The translations under genes and the position numbers were made by a program. 26,318 bases of DNA from a virus (Duplodnaviria > Caudoviricetes), in IMG/VR virus record IMGVR_UViG_3300020460_000048, positions 1 to 26,318 of that record; one strand, written 5' to 3'. The notes beneath the pieces are model-generated. The model saw only the letters and a program-made list of their open reading frames with translations, was not told the origin of the DNA and made no database searches. Positions 8,377 through 17,396 of the stretch are shown piece by piece. Numbering within the stretch: the first letter of the stretch is position 1; every line of letters starts with the position of its first letter.

Positions 8377-11300
8377 TTATTTATTGTTTTCAAGTGAATT
8401 AACTTTAGCAGATAGTTCTTTAACTGCTTCAATTAATACGGGAATCAACCTTTCATAACGAACGGACTTAATTCCGTTTCTTTCTCTTGTAACACCAGGT
8501 AATCCTAATTTCTCAACTTCTTGAGCAAGAATACCTGTATCCATTCCTTTGTTACCCAACTGACTTGCTTCTGGTTTCCAAGCAAATACGTTTCCTGTTA
8601 GAGACATCACCTTGTCTAAAGCATTTTGAATTGGAGAAATGTTTTCTTTCAGTGTAATATCAGAAGAACTAAATGCAACAATATCATTGTTACTATGAAT
8701 TTGTTTCTCTGCTAAAATACCACCCTGTGTATGAATCGAAGCATCTGAACTACTTCCTTGAAGTGATGAATTAACGTGTAATTTATCTGAAACAAATAGT
8801 TCACCAGTTACATTTACATCTTCGGTTGAAGCAGTTAAAATTAAGTCTCCACCAGTTGCCTCAATTTGTCTTGAAGTATTGTTAACAAGAATATTTCCAA
8901 TACTTGCAGATTCTGAGACATCTAATACTCCATTAACATTAACACCAGTAGAAACAACGCTTAACTTAAGATCATCATTATGTGAAATGTTTACATTACC
9001 TGTTGAGTGTGTCATTGACATAAAGTTTTCACCAGATGTCTTCTCAAAAATTATTTGATTTTGACCTAATCTAAATCTTAAGTCATCTTCTCCAGTATGA
9101 TCTATTCGTGTTCCATTTGTAGGTGTGTGAGTAAATGTAGTATCATTAGAGTCACCTAATGATATTCCAATATTATCTTCTAAATGAAGTTGATTATTTA
9201 CAACATCATATTTTAGACCAGGATCTGTTGCAGCAGAAACCATAGTATCACCAGCAGTTGTGATATCAGTGAAGACAATAAATTGGTCAGCTCCTGTTGT
9301 TGGTAAACTCATCGTAGCACCAGTATTTGTCAATCCAGCACCATTACCGAAAAATCCTTCATTGTTTGCAAATGAAGCTGTTATGGATGACATACCAGAG
9401 ATATTACTTTCACCATCAAATTGACCAGTTCCTACAAAATCACCACCTATGAATACATCCTTTGCTATACCTACACCACCCTCAACAGTGACAGCACCAG
9501 TGATTGTGCTTGTAGAGTTTTGTTGATCTTTAAAGTTAGCGTCTCTTGCTCTGATTTCTGGTTCGATAGTAATTTGTTTTTGATCATCAGAAAGACGAAC
9601 ATCACTATTAAAGGTAACAGGTCCATCAAACTGTGATAATATTTGTTTTGAAGAACCACCCTCAACTAATAGTCTTTCTTTAACAATAACTTCATCAGCA
9701 ACAAAACTAAGTCGATTTGGATCTTCACCTGTCACAGTAGGGACAGGTATATCAAATGTTGTTTGCTGTCCACTGGCAGATGCAATCTTGGTGTTTCCAA
9801 TGTAGAAGTCACCCTTATCATTCATACCTGTGTAAACAACGTTACCACAAGATGTTTCTTGAGCCTGATTTAAAAATTCTTCTCTTTCTGTTAACGCTCT
9901 GTTCTGAAGTTGTGGTAGGGCAGTTGAATAGTTACCTGGACCAAAACCAACATATTCAAATGTATGTCCTGATGACCTCAATATAGAAGGTCTGCGAAGT
10001 TCAATTGGTAAAGGTTTTATCTTCTTAATTTGTGAGTCAATTAAATGATTTTCTGAATTAGTACCCAAAGAACCACGTACAACAGTAATTTCATCACCTG
10101 CTGCACCACTAAGTGAACTTGATGCTATACGCATAATTTCACTTCCGATTTGAATATACGATCCAAGAGGGAAACGTTTAGTGATTGATGTAGCGTTTAT
10201 GCTTTGTGCAGAAGTTAAAGCACCAGGTAATTTAACTTTAAATGCAGGTTCTGAAGTATCAATTGATTCTTGTAATATTAGTGTTTCATTGTCAAATGAA
10301 TTGAATCCTCTTACTCCTATATTTTCACCACCAGCACCAGATAATGCTTCGTTATCTGATAATCCATGTTTAAGTATGTACTTAGGATCTACTAAATCAT
10401 TAGTTGTTTTTGCAAAAAATGTTGTTACACCCACAACAGATGTTACAACAAAGTCTCCAAGATTAGCATCACTACTATTCAATACTCTAAATTTATTACC
10501 AACTGCGAGTCCATGATCTACAGGTGTAGTAAATGATGTTATTCCAGCAGTTGTAGTAGCACCACCGACTACAACCCAAGCACCAACAGGGTGTATTTGC
10601 TGTCCATTTAATAGAGTTTCGCTTGCAGTTTTTGAAACTGTAATTTGTCTTGAGCTATTTACTGCTGATATACGGTGATATGAGTCTGTTCCAGTAGAGA
10701 GTCCTGTTACCTGAATATAGTGACCTGTGGCAGATGATATTCCAAGAGTGTTAACAACGATATTTGCACTAGGAGAACCACCAATACCACCATCTGCTAC
10801 GAGTGAACTATCAAAGAATAATTGCTCATTATCAGTATATCCTGAACCACCCTCTGTGATATCGACTGAAGTTACTGACCCACCAGAAACAGTTACTTGT
10901 GCTGTTGCTCCATCCCAAGGTGCTGACGTTGGTGAACTATTGTTATTAAACAACTTAACATTGTAAAATGTTCCATTTGTGTGACCACTACCACCATTTA
11001 ATGTGGTATGGAACTTCAATGCTTGAAGACCGTGCTCCTTATCTAAGTCAATAACAGCGTTAGTAGCATTATTTTCAACTGTTGTTATACCAACTGATTG
11101 ATCAAAATTTTGTAAAAATTGGTTTGTTGTTTCTCTAGTAATACTTTTTTTCAAGTCATTGGTAACAACTTCACCAATAGGAAATCTTTTTGCGTACGAT
11201 GAAGCCGCAGGTGGGTTTGCATCAACATTATCACGATCATATTCTGGATATAAGTTTACAATATTTTGATTGTATTTGTTTTCAACAAACTCATTGGAGG

Positions 11301-14262
11301 TTTCATCCATTGCGTTGTTACTATTCAACACAAATAAGTGATACACACCATCTTGAACATCTTCAATATAAGGTGATATAGTTTCTGTTCTATAGATAAA
11401 GAAATTACCTTTATTGTTGTTTCTATCAAAACGTGGCAATGTTGTATTTCTTGTACGTGTATTGTTCGTGAAATCACCAACTGTATGAATAACACCTGAA
11501 GTATCAGTATTCGTATATCTGAATACTTTATCATTAACAATTTCTCTTACTTCAAAAGTTCCATTATATCCTTTATTAAATATTCCAGTTGAGTTAGTGG
11601 TGCTTAGAACATTTCTAACAATAATTACCTCACCAACACCCAGATTATGAGGTTTATCAGAACGTGCCTCAACTAAATTTACAGTACTATCGAAACTCAG
11701 GTGAGATAAAAATCTTGTATTTCTATCAAAGGCATAATCAGCAGATGTCAAAGACGCTTTATTAAAATCAGTATTTGCTAGGACATTTGTAGAACTTGAA
11801 TCCTGCAATACAAAACTATCTGTTGGATCTCTACCATTTGCAAGTTCTTTAGGTACAACATATCTTAATTTGTAAATTTTTTCATCTAAACTTCTATCAT
11901 CATCCTTCCTAAGAACGTAAGAAATATCATCTTGTGATGCATTTGCATATAATGAAGTTCCGTTATGAATAGTATTATCTGTAGCACTTGTATGAACAAA
12001 CCATTGTCCAGCAGATTCATCAAATTGAATTGGATGTCCAGCATCGTTAGGTTTTTTATCTGATACTCTACTTAGAATCCTAAATTTATCACTCGTATTT
12101 GCAACTGTCTTTACAAAAACTGGTATTGTTAAATCAGCATTTGTTTTTGATGAGGCAATACGTATTTGATTAGCAGACAATGTGGAATCTTTAGCACTCG
12201 TAATAGCAAAATATACTCTATGAGGTTCAACGTTTTCTGGTAAATCACCATTATCTGCGGTGACTCTAATCGATTCACCATTTGCTAATTCATGAGTCCC
12301 GTCAATTGTAAAAATAGATTTTTCAGTCGCAGAAGCTGATGAGTGAGTTGCTTCATAACTTTTTTCAGAAGTATGTGAAGTTCCAGAACCACCATTTTCC
12401 ATTACAACGGTTGCTGAAAATGTGCTACCGTTTTTATCAATAAATAATTTTTCACCAACTTTTGCACCGATACGGAAACCTTGTGCTATGTGTGATGGAG
12501 GAAGTGTGAGGGTAGTTTGTGCAAATAAGAAAAACTTTGTAGGTGTAGTGATTCCACTTGGCTCAGTTTGTAAAAATTCAATTTGTTGCTCCTCAGTGAC
12601 AACAGAGCGTGGTGTAATAACTGATGAAATAAATCCTTTGTTATCTTTAGCAAACGCATCTTTTTTAAATCCTTCTGCTAATAGAGCGAAAGAACCAAAG
12701 TTTGAGTTTGAGTTAGTGATTGATGCGTCAGCACCATTAATCATTTCAAAATGAGCGTGGAATCCAATTGCAAACACAGATACGATCTGTACAACAGCAT
12801 CATTAGATACTTTGATATGAGTTGTTCTGAATTCTTTTCTATAATTTGCTTCTTGATCTAAGTGAAATACTGTATTAGGGTTTGTTGATGATGATTCAGA
12901 GGATAATCTTGTACCAGTTTGTTTTGAAAAAGCAATACCACTATATCTTCTATTTGTTTTGTCATATTTGACAAATGCTCTATCATCTTTTTGTAGAGAT
13001 ACTGCTGTAAACTGAGCAGTAACCATTGATTTAAAACCAGTTGCTTTACTACCGTCAGCATGCATACCCTGCATACCATACACTGAACGCATTGAACAGT
13101 TAAAGATATATGGAGATGCACCTGTAACTGTGTCAGTTTCAACTAATACTTGTCCATTTGCAGAACTTAATCCACCAGAAGTTCCCGCAGGTAAATTAGA
13201 ACGAACAAACGGTAATGAGTATTGGAATCTATTTGAATCAATAACATTCGATACTTTAGTTGATATATTATAATCTGCTACGTTAATACCACGAATCTTG
13301 ATAGGTGTTCCACCTGATAAATTATGTGGAACCACTGTTGTGACAGTAACTACTTGTCCTGGAGTTGCACCATCACCCGATTCAATATTTGATATAGTTA
13401 GAGGGTCAGTTGCAAAGGCACCAACTATTTCAAATTCAGGTCTTTGTGGTGAAAATGCTTTTGGTGATGCAGGATACTTTTGATCTATTTCACGATTTGA
13501 TGCTCGATTAAATGCGTTTGTAAGTTTACTATAATATATGTCTAAATCAGTCAAATCACTAAATTGCTCTAGTATATTAACACCATCAGCATATTCAAAA
13601 GCAGTTATCTTATGGTGGGAGAAAGTTGGTTTTGATTGATTATTAATACTAAAATCAGTAGGGTCTGTATAAACTAATCCTGCTTCATCACCATCAAAAA
13701 ATGTGAATTGCCAGAAATAACAAGCACCTGTAATTCTAAAAATAGCAGAGGATGGAACGTTAGTGTCTGTTGGATTTGGAACATATAATGGTCTTATCTT
13801 TGTTTTCCTTAAATCTAAACCTACAATTGAAGTTCCTCTAGGAACAACAACACCACCGTGGACACTATTAAATTTGTAAAGTATATTATCTTCTTGTGTT
13901 AAATCAAAACTAGAATCAAGTGTAAGTGTAAGAGTGTTTTGAGCACCTGTTGCTGCACCACCTGGACTTATTGCTTTTGCTGACCCTGATTCATTACGAA
14001 TAGCAAAACCTGGTCTATTATCGACTATGTGATCGCCTGGAAAAAGTAATATTGTTGTTCTCTCTACTAAATCATTATCGTCCCCACGAAGATATGAAAA
14101 TCTAGCAGCCTCTATCAGTGCTCTCTGAATCGTCTTGAAGGGTTTGGTTAATGAATTGCCTTGATTTTCGATACCATCGGTTGAATCAAGATCATTTGGA
14201 TTTACATAAAGAACACGACCCTCGGTATTCTTTAAAAAATTCTCTAACTTATTAAGAGGCAT
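8377..14262 (-). CDS. Very large virion fibre/structural protein with C-terminal S74 intramolecular chaperone
   Basis: N-terminal beta-helix-like start (LYV...PFKTIQRAL...LFPG), several HxLxxG modules, and C-terminal SSDITLKENI...GILAQEV...VRYERLIPVLIEAVKELS. Confidence 0.8.
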   Translation of the reverse strand: MPLNKLENFLKNTEGRVLYVNPNDLDSTDGIENQGNSLTKPFKTIQRALIEAARFSYLRGDDNDLVERTTILLFPGDHIVDNRPGFAIRNESGSAKAISPGGAATGAQNTLTLTLDSSFDLTQEDNILYKFNSVHGGVVVPRGTSIVGLDLRKTKIRPLYVPNPTDTNVPSSAIFRITGACYFWQFTFFDGDEAGLVYTDPTDFSINNQSKPTFSHHKITAFEYADGVNILEQFSDLTDLDIYYSKLTNAFNRASNREIDQKYPASPKAFSPQRPEFEIVGAFATDPLTISNIESGDGATPGQVVTVTTVVPHNLSGGTPIKIRGINVADYNISTKVSNVIDSNRFQYSLPFVRSNLPAGTSGGLSSANGQVLVETDTVTGASPYIFNCSMRSVYGMQGMHADGSKATGFKSMVTAQFTAVSLQKDDRAFVKYDKTNRRYSGIAFSKQTGTRLSSESSSTNPNTVFHLDQEANYRKEFRTTHIKVSNDAVVQIVSVFAIGFHAHFEMINGADASITNSNSNFGSFALLAEGFKKDAFAKDNKGFISSVITPRSVVTEEQQIEFLQTEPSGITTPTKFFLFAQTTLTLPPSHIAQGFRIGAKVGEKLFIDKNGSTFSATVVMENGGSGTSHTSEKSYEATHSSASATEKSIFTIDGTHELANGESIRVTADNGDLPENVEPHRVYFAITSAKDSTLSANQIRIASSKTNADLTIPVFVKTVANTSDKFRILSRVSDKKPNDAGHPIQFDESAGQWFVHTSATDNTIHNGTSLYANASQDDISYVLRKDDDRSLDEKIYKLRYVVPKELANGRDPTDSFVLQDSSSTNVLANTDFNKASLTSADYAFDRNTRFLSHLSFDSTVNLVEARSDKPHNLGVGEVIIVRNVLSTTNSTGIFNKGYNGTFEVREIVNDKVFRYTNTDTSGVIHTVGDFTNNTRTRNTTLPRFDRNNNKGNFFIYRTETISPYIEDVQDGVYHLFVLNSNNAMDETSNEFVENKYNQNIVNLYPEYDRDNVDANPPAASSYAKRFPIGEVVTNDLKKSITRETTNQFLQNFDQSVGITTVENNATNAVIDLDKEHGLQALKFHTTLNGGSGHTNGTFYNVKLFNNNSSPTSAPWDGATAQVTVSGGSVTSVDITEGGSGYTDNEQLFFDSSLVADGGIGGSPSANIVVNTLGISSATGHYIQVTGLSTGTDSYHRISAVNSSRQITVSKTASETLLNGQQIHPVGAWVVVGGATTTAGITSFTTPVDHGLAVGNKFRVLNSSDANLGDFVVTSVVGVTTFFAKTTNDLVDPKYILKHGLSDNEALSGAGGENIGVRGFNSFDNETLILQESIDTSEPAFKVKLPGALTSAQSINATSITKRFPLGSYIQIGSEIMRIASSSLSGAAGDEITVVRGSLGTNSENHLIDSQIKKIKPLPIELRRPSILRSSGHTFEYVGFGPGNYSTALPQLQNRALTEREEFLNQAQETSCGNVVYTGMNDKGDFYIGNTKIASASGQQTTFDIPVPTVTGEDPNRLSFVADEVIVKERLLVEGGSSKQILSQFDGPVTFNSDVRLSDDQKQITIEPEIRARDANFKDQQNSTSTITGAVTVEGGVGIAKDVFIGGDFVGTGQFDGESNISGMSSITASFANNEGFFGNGAGLTNTGATMSLPTTGADQFIVFTDITTAGDTMVSAATDPGLKYDVVNNQLHLEDNIGISLGDSNDTTFTHTPTNGTRIDHTGEDDLRFRLGQNQIIFEKTSGENFMSMTHSTGNVNISHNDDLKLSVVSTGVNVNGVLDVSESASIGNILVNNTSRQIEATGGDLILTASTEDVNVTGELFVSDKLHVNSSLQGSSSDASIHTQGGILAEKQIHSNNDIVAFSSSDITLKENISPIQNALDKVMSLTGNVFAWKPEASQLGNKGMDTGILAQEVEKLGLPGVTRERNGIKSVRYERLIPVLIEAVKELSAKVNSLENNK
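8378..8385 (-). promoter_or_regulatory. T4-type late promoter (AATAAATA) overlapping the stop codon of the 1961-aa gene
   Basis: Minus strand AATAAATAACTAAAAATATAACTGATG places it 16 nt before the ATG at 8361. The T4 gp55 consensus is TATAAATA. Confidence 0.7.
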
Positions 14263-14312
14263 CTTTTTTTACTATTATAAATTTGATCAATAAGACCAAT
14301 ACATACTAGGTC

Positions 14313-14319
14313 TATTTAG
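14313..14319 (-). promoter_or_regulatory. T4-type late promoter variant (CTAAATA) upstream of the 1961-aa gene
   Basis: Plus-strand tatttag in the intergenic gap, about 50 nt upstream of the ATG at 14262. Confidence 0.55.
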
Positions 14320-14323
14320 CTGG

Positions 14324-14620
14324 TTACTCATCCGTATCTATATGAATTGAGATATCATCTGGCAATTCTTCTGGGTTTTCTAAATCAACCTCAAACAAAC
14401 ACGGGTGTAATTCCTCCTCTACAAGATATCCATAATATTGATACATATCGTCATCATTAAATGTACGATGCTTATCTGCTTCATTAATTAGGTCTTGATC
14501 TCTTAAATGTCCCTCTGGTAATTCATCAAATGTAAATGGCATACCATTTATGAAATACATCTTAACGATCATGCTACCGCCACGAAACCAACAGAAGTTG
14601 GTGGTTATCTTGTATTTCAT
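14324..14620 (-). CDS. Hypothetical acidic protein (98 aa)
   Basis: The ORF abuts the upstream stop and fills the gap; no recognised domain. Confidence 0.7.
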   Translation of the reverse strand: MKYKITTNFCWFRGGSMIVKMYFINGMPFTFDELPEGHLRDQDLINEADKHRTFNDDDMYQYYGYLVEEELHPCLFEVDLENPEELPDDISIHIDTDE

Positions 14621-14815
14621 TTATTTATCTGTGGTTAATGCTAATTCAGCATATTTAATCATATGTGGTTCAAGCATCTGATCACATACTTCTAAAACTC
14701 TCATAAACTCTTCAGAATCTTCACACGCAATAATTTTATTATCTCCGTCACTACTCTTAAGTTTGAAGGTTTTAGCACAGATGTCTACTATAACTTCGTA
14801 TACAAAATCTTCCAT
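14621..14815 (-). CDS. Hypothetical small protein (64 aa, MEDFVYEV...)
   Basis: The start is moved from 14866 to ATG 14815 because a sigma70 promoter occupies 14835-14862. Confidence 0.7.
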   Translation of the reverse strand: MEDFVYEVIVDICAKTFKLKSSDGDNKIIACEDSEEFMRVLEVCDQMLEPHMIKYAELALTTDK

Positions 14816-14834
14816 ATGAGAATAATTTTTTCTT

Positions 14835-14862
14835 ATTATAGCATATGTATAAAAAAAGTCAA
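14835..14862 (-). promoter_or_regulatory. sigma70-type (early) promoter
   Basis: TTGACT (14862-14857), a 16-nt spacer ending in TGC, then TATAAT (14840-14835). Confidence 0.8.
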
Positions 14863-16857
14863 TCAACTTAGTAAATATCCAGTTATAGTTGCATAATCTA
14901 ATTGAACCGTTACTGTCTCCCAGTCAGTCTGATACCATCCGACTGTTGCACCCTTATCAAGTCGCTCTAATGATGAAAAAGAAACATTATACTCTAAACC
15001 ATTTCCAGATTGAAAACGTGGATTAATCACATGGAAATCTCTAACATTACTATGAACTCTGTTATAATAAGATGAATTATTCTCAACCCTCCAATACACA
15101 CCATAACTATCATCATTACCCGTATTGCCACCTACTGTAGCATCACCATTTTCAAAAGTCATCGTGATATTAAACTTATACAAACCAGCGACGGGAGCAG
15201 TGAATATTCCTGTAGCATTATCCCATCCATTTCCTAAGTTATATCTAACGGTATCAAAATTTCTTAAATATGCATTTTGATTTCCAGTGGCAGTTTGTGT
15301 TGTAGTTAATTCTACCAAAAACGCTGGTCTTTCTGAACCCAAATATCCATGATTTGCTGCTCTTACTATCGATGTGCCATATCCAGTAACAACTCCACTA
15401 CCAACTTCAAATTCTGTCCCATCTACATCAATACCTTCACCAGATGATTGACTTCCACTTATCATATAATTACTTATCGATCCAGTGCTTCCTGCTCCAG
15501 TAATTCTAAATGCTTTGTCTGGACCATCAGTAGAGGAGAAACCATCAACAATTATTGGACCTTTTGTACTTGTTGATGACCAAAAACCCTCAGATGTTGC
15601 TGCAAAACCAACAATGTTTAAATTTTTAACTAATACGTTAGATGCACCTTCCATCACACGAACCATCCCTTCTGCTCGTGTTGTTGATGATGCAAGAAAA
15701 TCATCTGCTTTGTCAACAGTATCATCACTAACATATATGTTTACAAGTTTTACATTTTCATATGAGGAGATTCTAATACAACGGTTGGCTAATTCAGTTA
15801 CATTACCTTCCGATGTAAAATCTCTGGGTGCTATGACTGATATATTTGTCAGATTGACATTCCTCGCAGTTGGACTATTCCCAGTATCAAAACCCATATG
15901 TTTGACATCAACACCAGTAGTATTATTATATGTCTTAAAATCATCTACAGTAACATTATAAGGTGCTGGAGCATAACTATGTCCTTTAATCTGAAGTCCT
16001 TTATGACCACCAATCGCTGTGCAATTAATCATAGTTACATTTCTACTACCGTCATCTATTTCAAAACAATTAGAATTTTGAGGAGTTCTTATTCCTGATG
16101 GATGTATTGATCTGCACCCCTTAATTAAAATATCAGATGAAAAATGTGTTGTAATATTATCATCCCCCGACCCAGATGTAAAACAATTTTGTAGTGTAAC
16201 GTATCTTGATGGTTCATTATCATATGTTGAACCATTATTATTTTCAGGATATCTTGGTGCACATACATCAATATTATGTTTATATCCATCTATACATCTG
16301 ACATTTTTTACCAAAACATATTCACTAAAACATATACTTAATGTAGTTTGATCATTATCTTGATCACCACCATCAGTGTCTTTAAGTGTGACTCCTCCTG
16401 ATACAGACCATCTTTCTCTATTAAAATCTAATGTAAAATCTTGTAAAATTATATTTTCTTTTTTAATATCTCTTTCTCCAGTTCTCATTAATGAAGTATC
16501 CCTTCCTACATTGGATTTCATTTTTATAACACTATCCTTACCTTCCCCAGATAAATGAGTATTACTTGGTATTATGATAGTGCTCGATACAAGAAAAGTA
16601 CCTTCTGGAATAAGAATTCTACCTTTACCTTGAAATTTATTTAATGCTTTTTGAATAGATTCAGTATCATCATTCACACCATCACCAACTGCACCAAAAT
16701 CTTTTATACTTACATCAGGTTGACCACCAACTAAATTAGCGTATAATTTTCCATATACAAATACATCTTCTGTAAATTCTGTTTTTTGACTTACATAATT
16801 TATGTCATCCCTGTCATAATCTGGTATAGGAACACCACCTGTTTTAAATTCTGTCAT
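14863..16857 (-). CDS. Tailspike/depolymerase: right-handed beta-helix (phi29 gp12-like) plus C-terminal C1q-like domain
   Basis: VSIKDFGAVGDGVNDDTESIQKAL (pectate_lyase_3 cap); GDDNITTH, NCFEIDDGSRNV and QIKGH; C-terminal PAF...FDTVRYNLGNGWDNATGIFTAPVAGLYKF...GYLL (C1q). Confidence 0.8.
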   Translation of the reverse strand: MTEFKTGGVPIPDYDRDDINYVSQKTEFTEDVFVYGKLYANLVGGQPDVSIKDFGAVGDGVNDDTESIQKALNKFQGKGRILIPEGTFLVSSTIIIPSNTHLSGEGKDSVIKMKSNVGRDTSLMRTGERDIKKENIILQDFTLDFNRERWSVSGGVTLKDTDGGDQDNDQTTLSICFSEYVLVKNVRCIDGYKHNIDVCAPRYPENNNGSTYDNEPSRYVTLQNCFTSGSGDDNITTHFSSDILIKGCRSIHPSGIRTPQNSNCFEIDDGSRNVTMINCTAIGGHKGLQIKGHSYAPAPYNVTVDDFKTYNNTTGVDVKHMGFDTGNSPTARNVNLTNISVIAPRDFTSEGNVTELANRCIRISSYENVKLVNIYVSDDTVDKADDFLASSTTRAEGMVRVMEGASNVLVKNLNIVGFAATSEGFWSSTSTKGPIIVDGFSSTDGPDKAFRITGAGSTGSISNYMISGSQSSGEGIDVDGTEFEVGSGVVTGYGTSIVRAANHGYLGSERPAFLVELTTTQTATGNQNAYLRNFDTVRYNLGNGWDNATGIFTAPVAGLYKFNITMTFENGDATVGGNTGNDDSYGVYWRVENNSSYYNRVHSNVRDFHVINPRFQSGNGLEYNVSFSSLERLDKGATVGWYQTDWETVTVQLDYATITGYLLS

Positions 16858-16859
16858 AT

Positions 16860-17375
16860 CTAACTATACAACCCCGATGGAACAGAAGTACCAGAAAAAA
16901 CTGCACCACTCCAACTCACATCACGAACTGATATTTTACCTCTTGGTGCTTTAATAAAACAACTATTAGAACTCATATTAATTTTGTTTGCTCTAACTGA
17001 AAAATTTGAACCTGCCTGTATTTCTACGTTTTTTGATGCATCAATTAAAATATTTGTACCTGTAATTTTCACATCACCATTACTCATTGCAGTTATCCAT
17101 ACATCTCCCTTTGTACCTGCAATATTTACACATACTCCACCACCCTCTACTTTTTGTCCACCAATAATCTCAATACATTGATCGTTGTAAAGATGAAACA
17201 GACCACTCTCTGTCATACCAACAGAACTTTGTTCTCCACCCTTTGAACTTGATAGTAAATTATAAACAATAGGACCACTCGTACCCTCTTGTGGATTATT
17301 GATATCTAACTTTACGTTTGGGGAAAACGCTTCATAAGCTCTTTGTTGCCAATTTGGATTCGGTTTAGTTCCCAT
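16860..17375 (-). CDS. Probable gp5 C-terminal-like (beta-helix spike) protein
   Basis: Short alternating beta repeats (GDVWITAMSNGDVKITGTNILIDASKNVEIQAGSNFSVRANKINM) directly after gp5. Confidence 0.55.
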   Translation of the reverse strand: MGTKPNPNWQQRAYEAFSPNVKLDINNPQEGTSGPIVYNLLSSSKGGEQSSVGMTESGLFHLYNDQCIEIIGGQKVEGGGVCVNIAGTKGDVWITAMSNGDVKITGTNILIDASKNVEIQAGSNFSVRANKINMSSNSCFIKAPRGKISVRDVSWSGAVFSGTSVPSGLYS

Positions 17376-17388
17376 TTTTTTTTATTTT

Positions 17389-17396
17389 TATTTATT
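17389..17396 (-). promoter_or_regulatory. T4-type late promoter (AATAAATA) overlapping the gp5 stop
   Basis: Plus-strand tatttatt, 13 nt upstream of the ATG at 17375. Confidence 0.6.

Noticed and set aside
14289-14316. Imperfect inverted repeat (AGACC...GGTCT) as a terminator
   Set aside because: The stem is short, the loop is large and there is no adjacent U-tract.
14816-14866. ORF-track N-terminal extension MIDFFYTYAIIRKNYSH
   Set aside because: It coincides with a strong sigma70 promoter, so ATG 14815 is the more plausible start.
5033-16857. Diversity-generating retroelement or invertible fibre cassette
   Set aside because: I saw no reverse transcriptase, recombinase, adenine-mismatched template/variable repeat pair or flanking inverted repeats. 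A self dot-plot would be needed to exclude subtle repeats.
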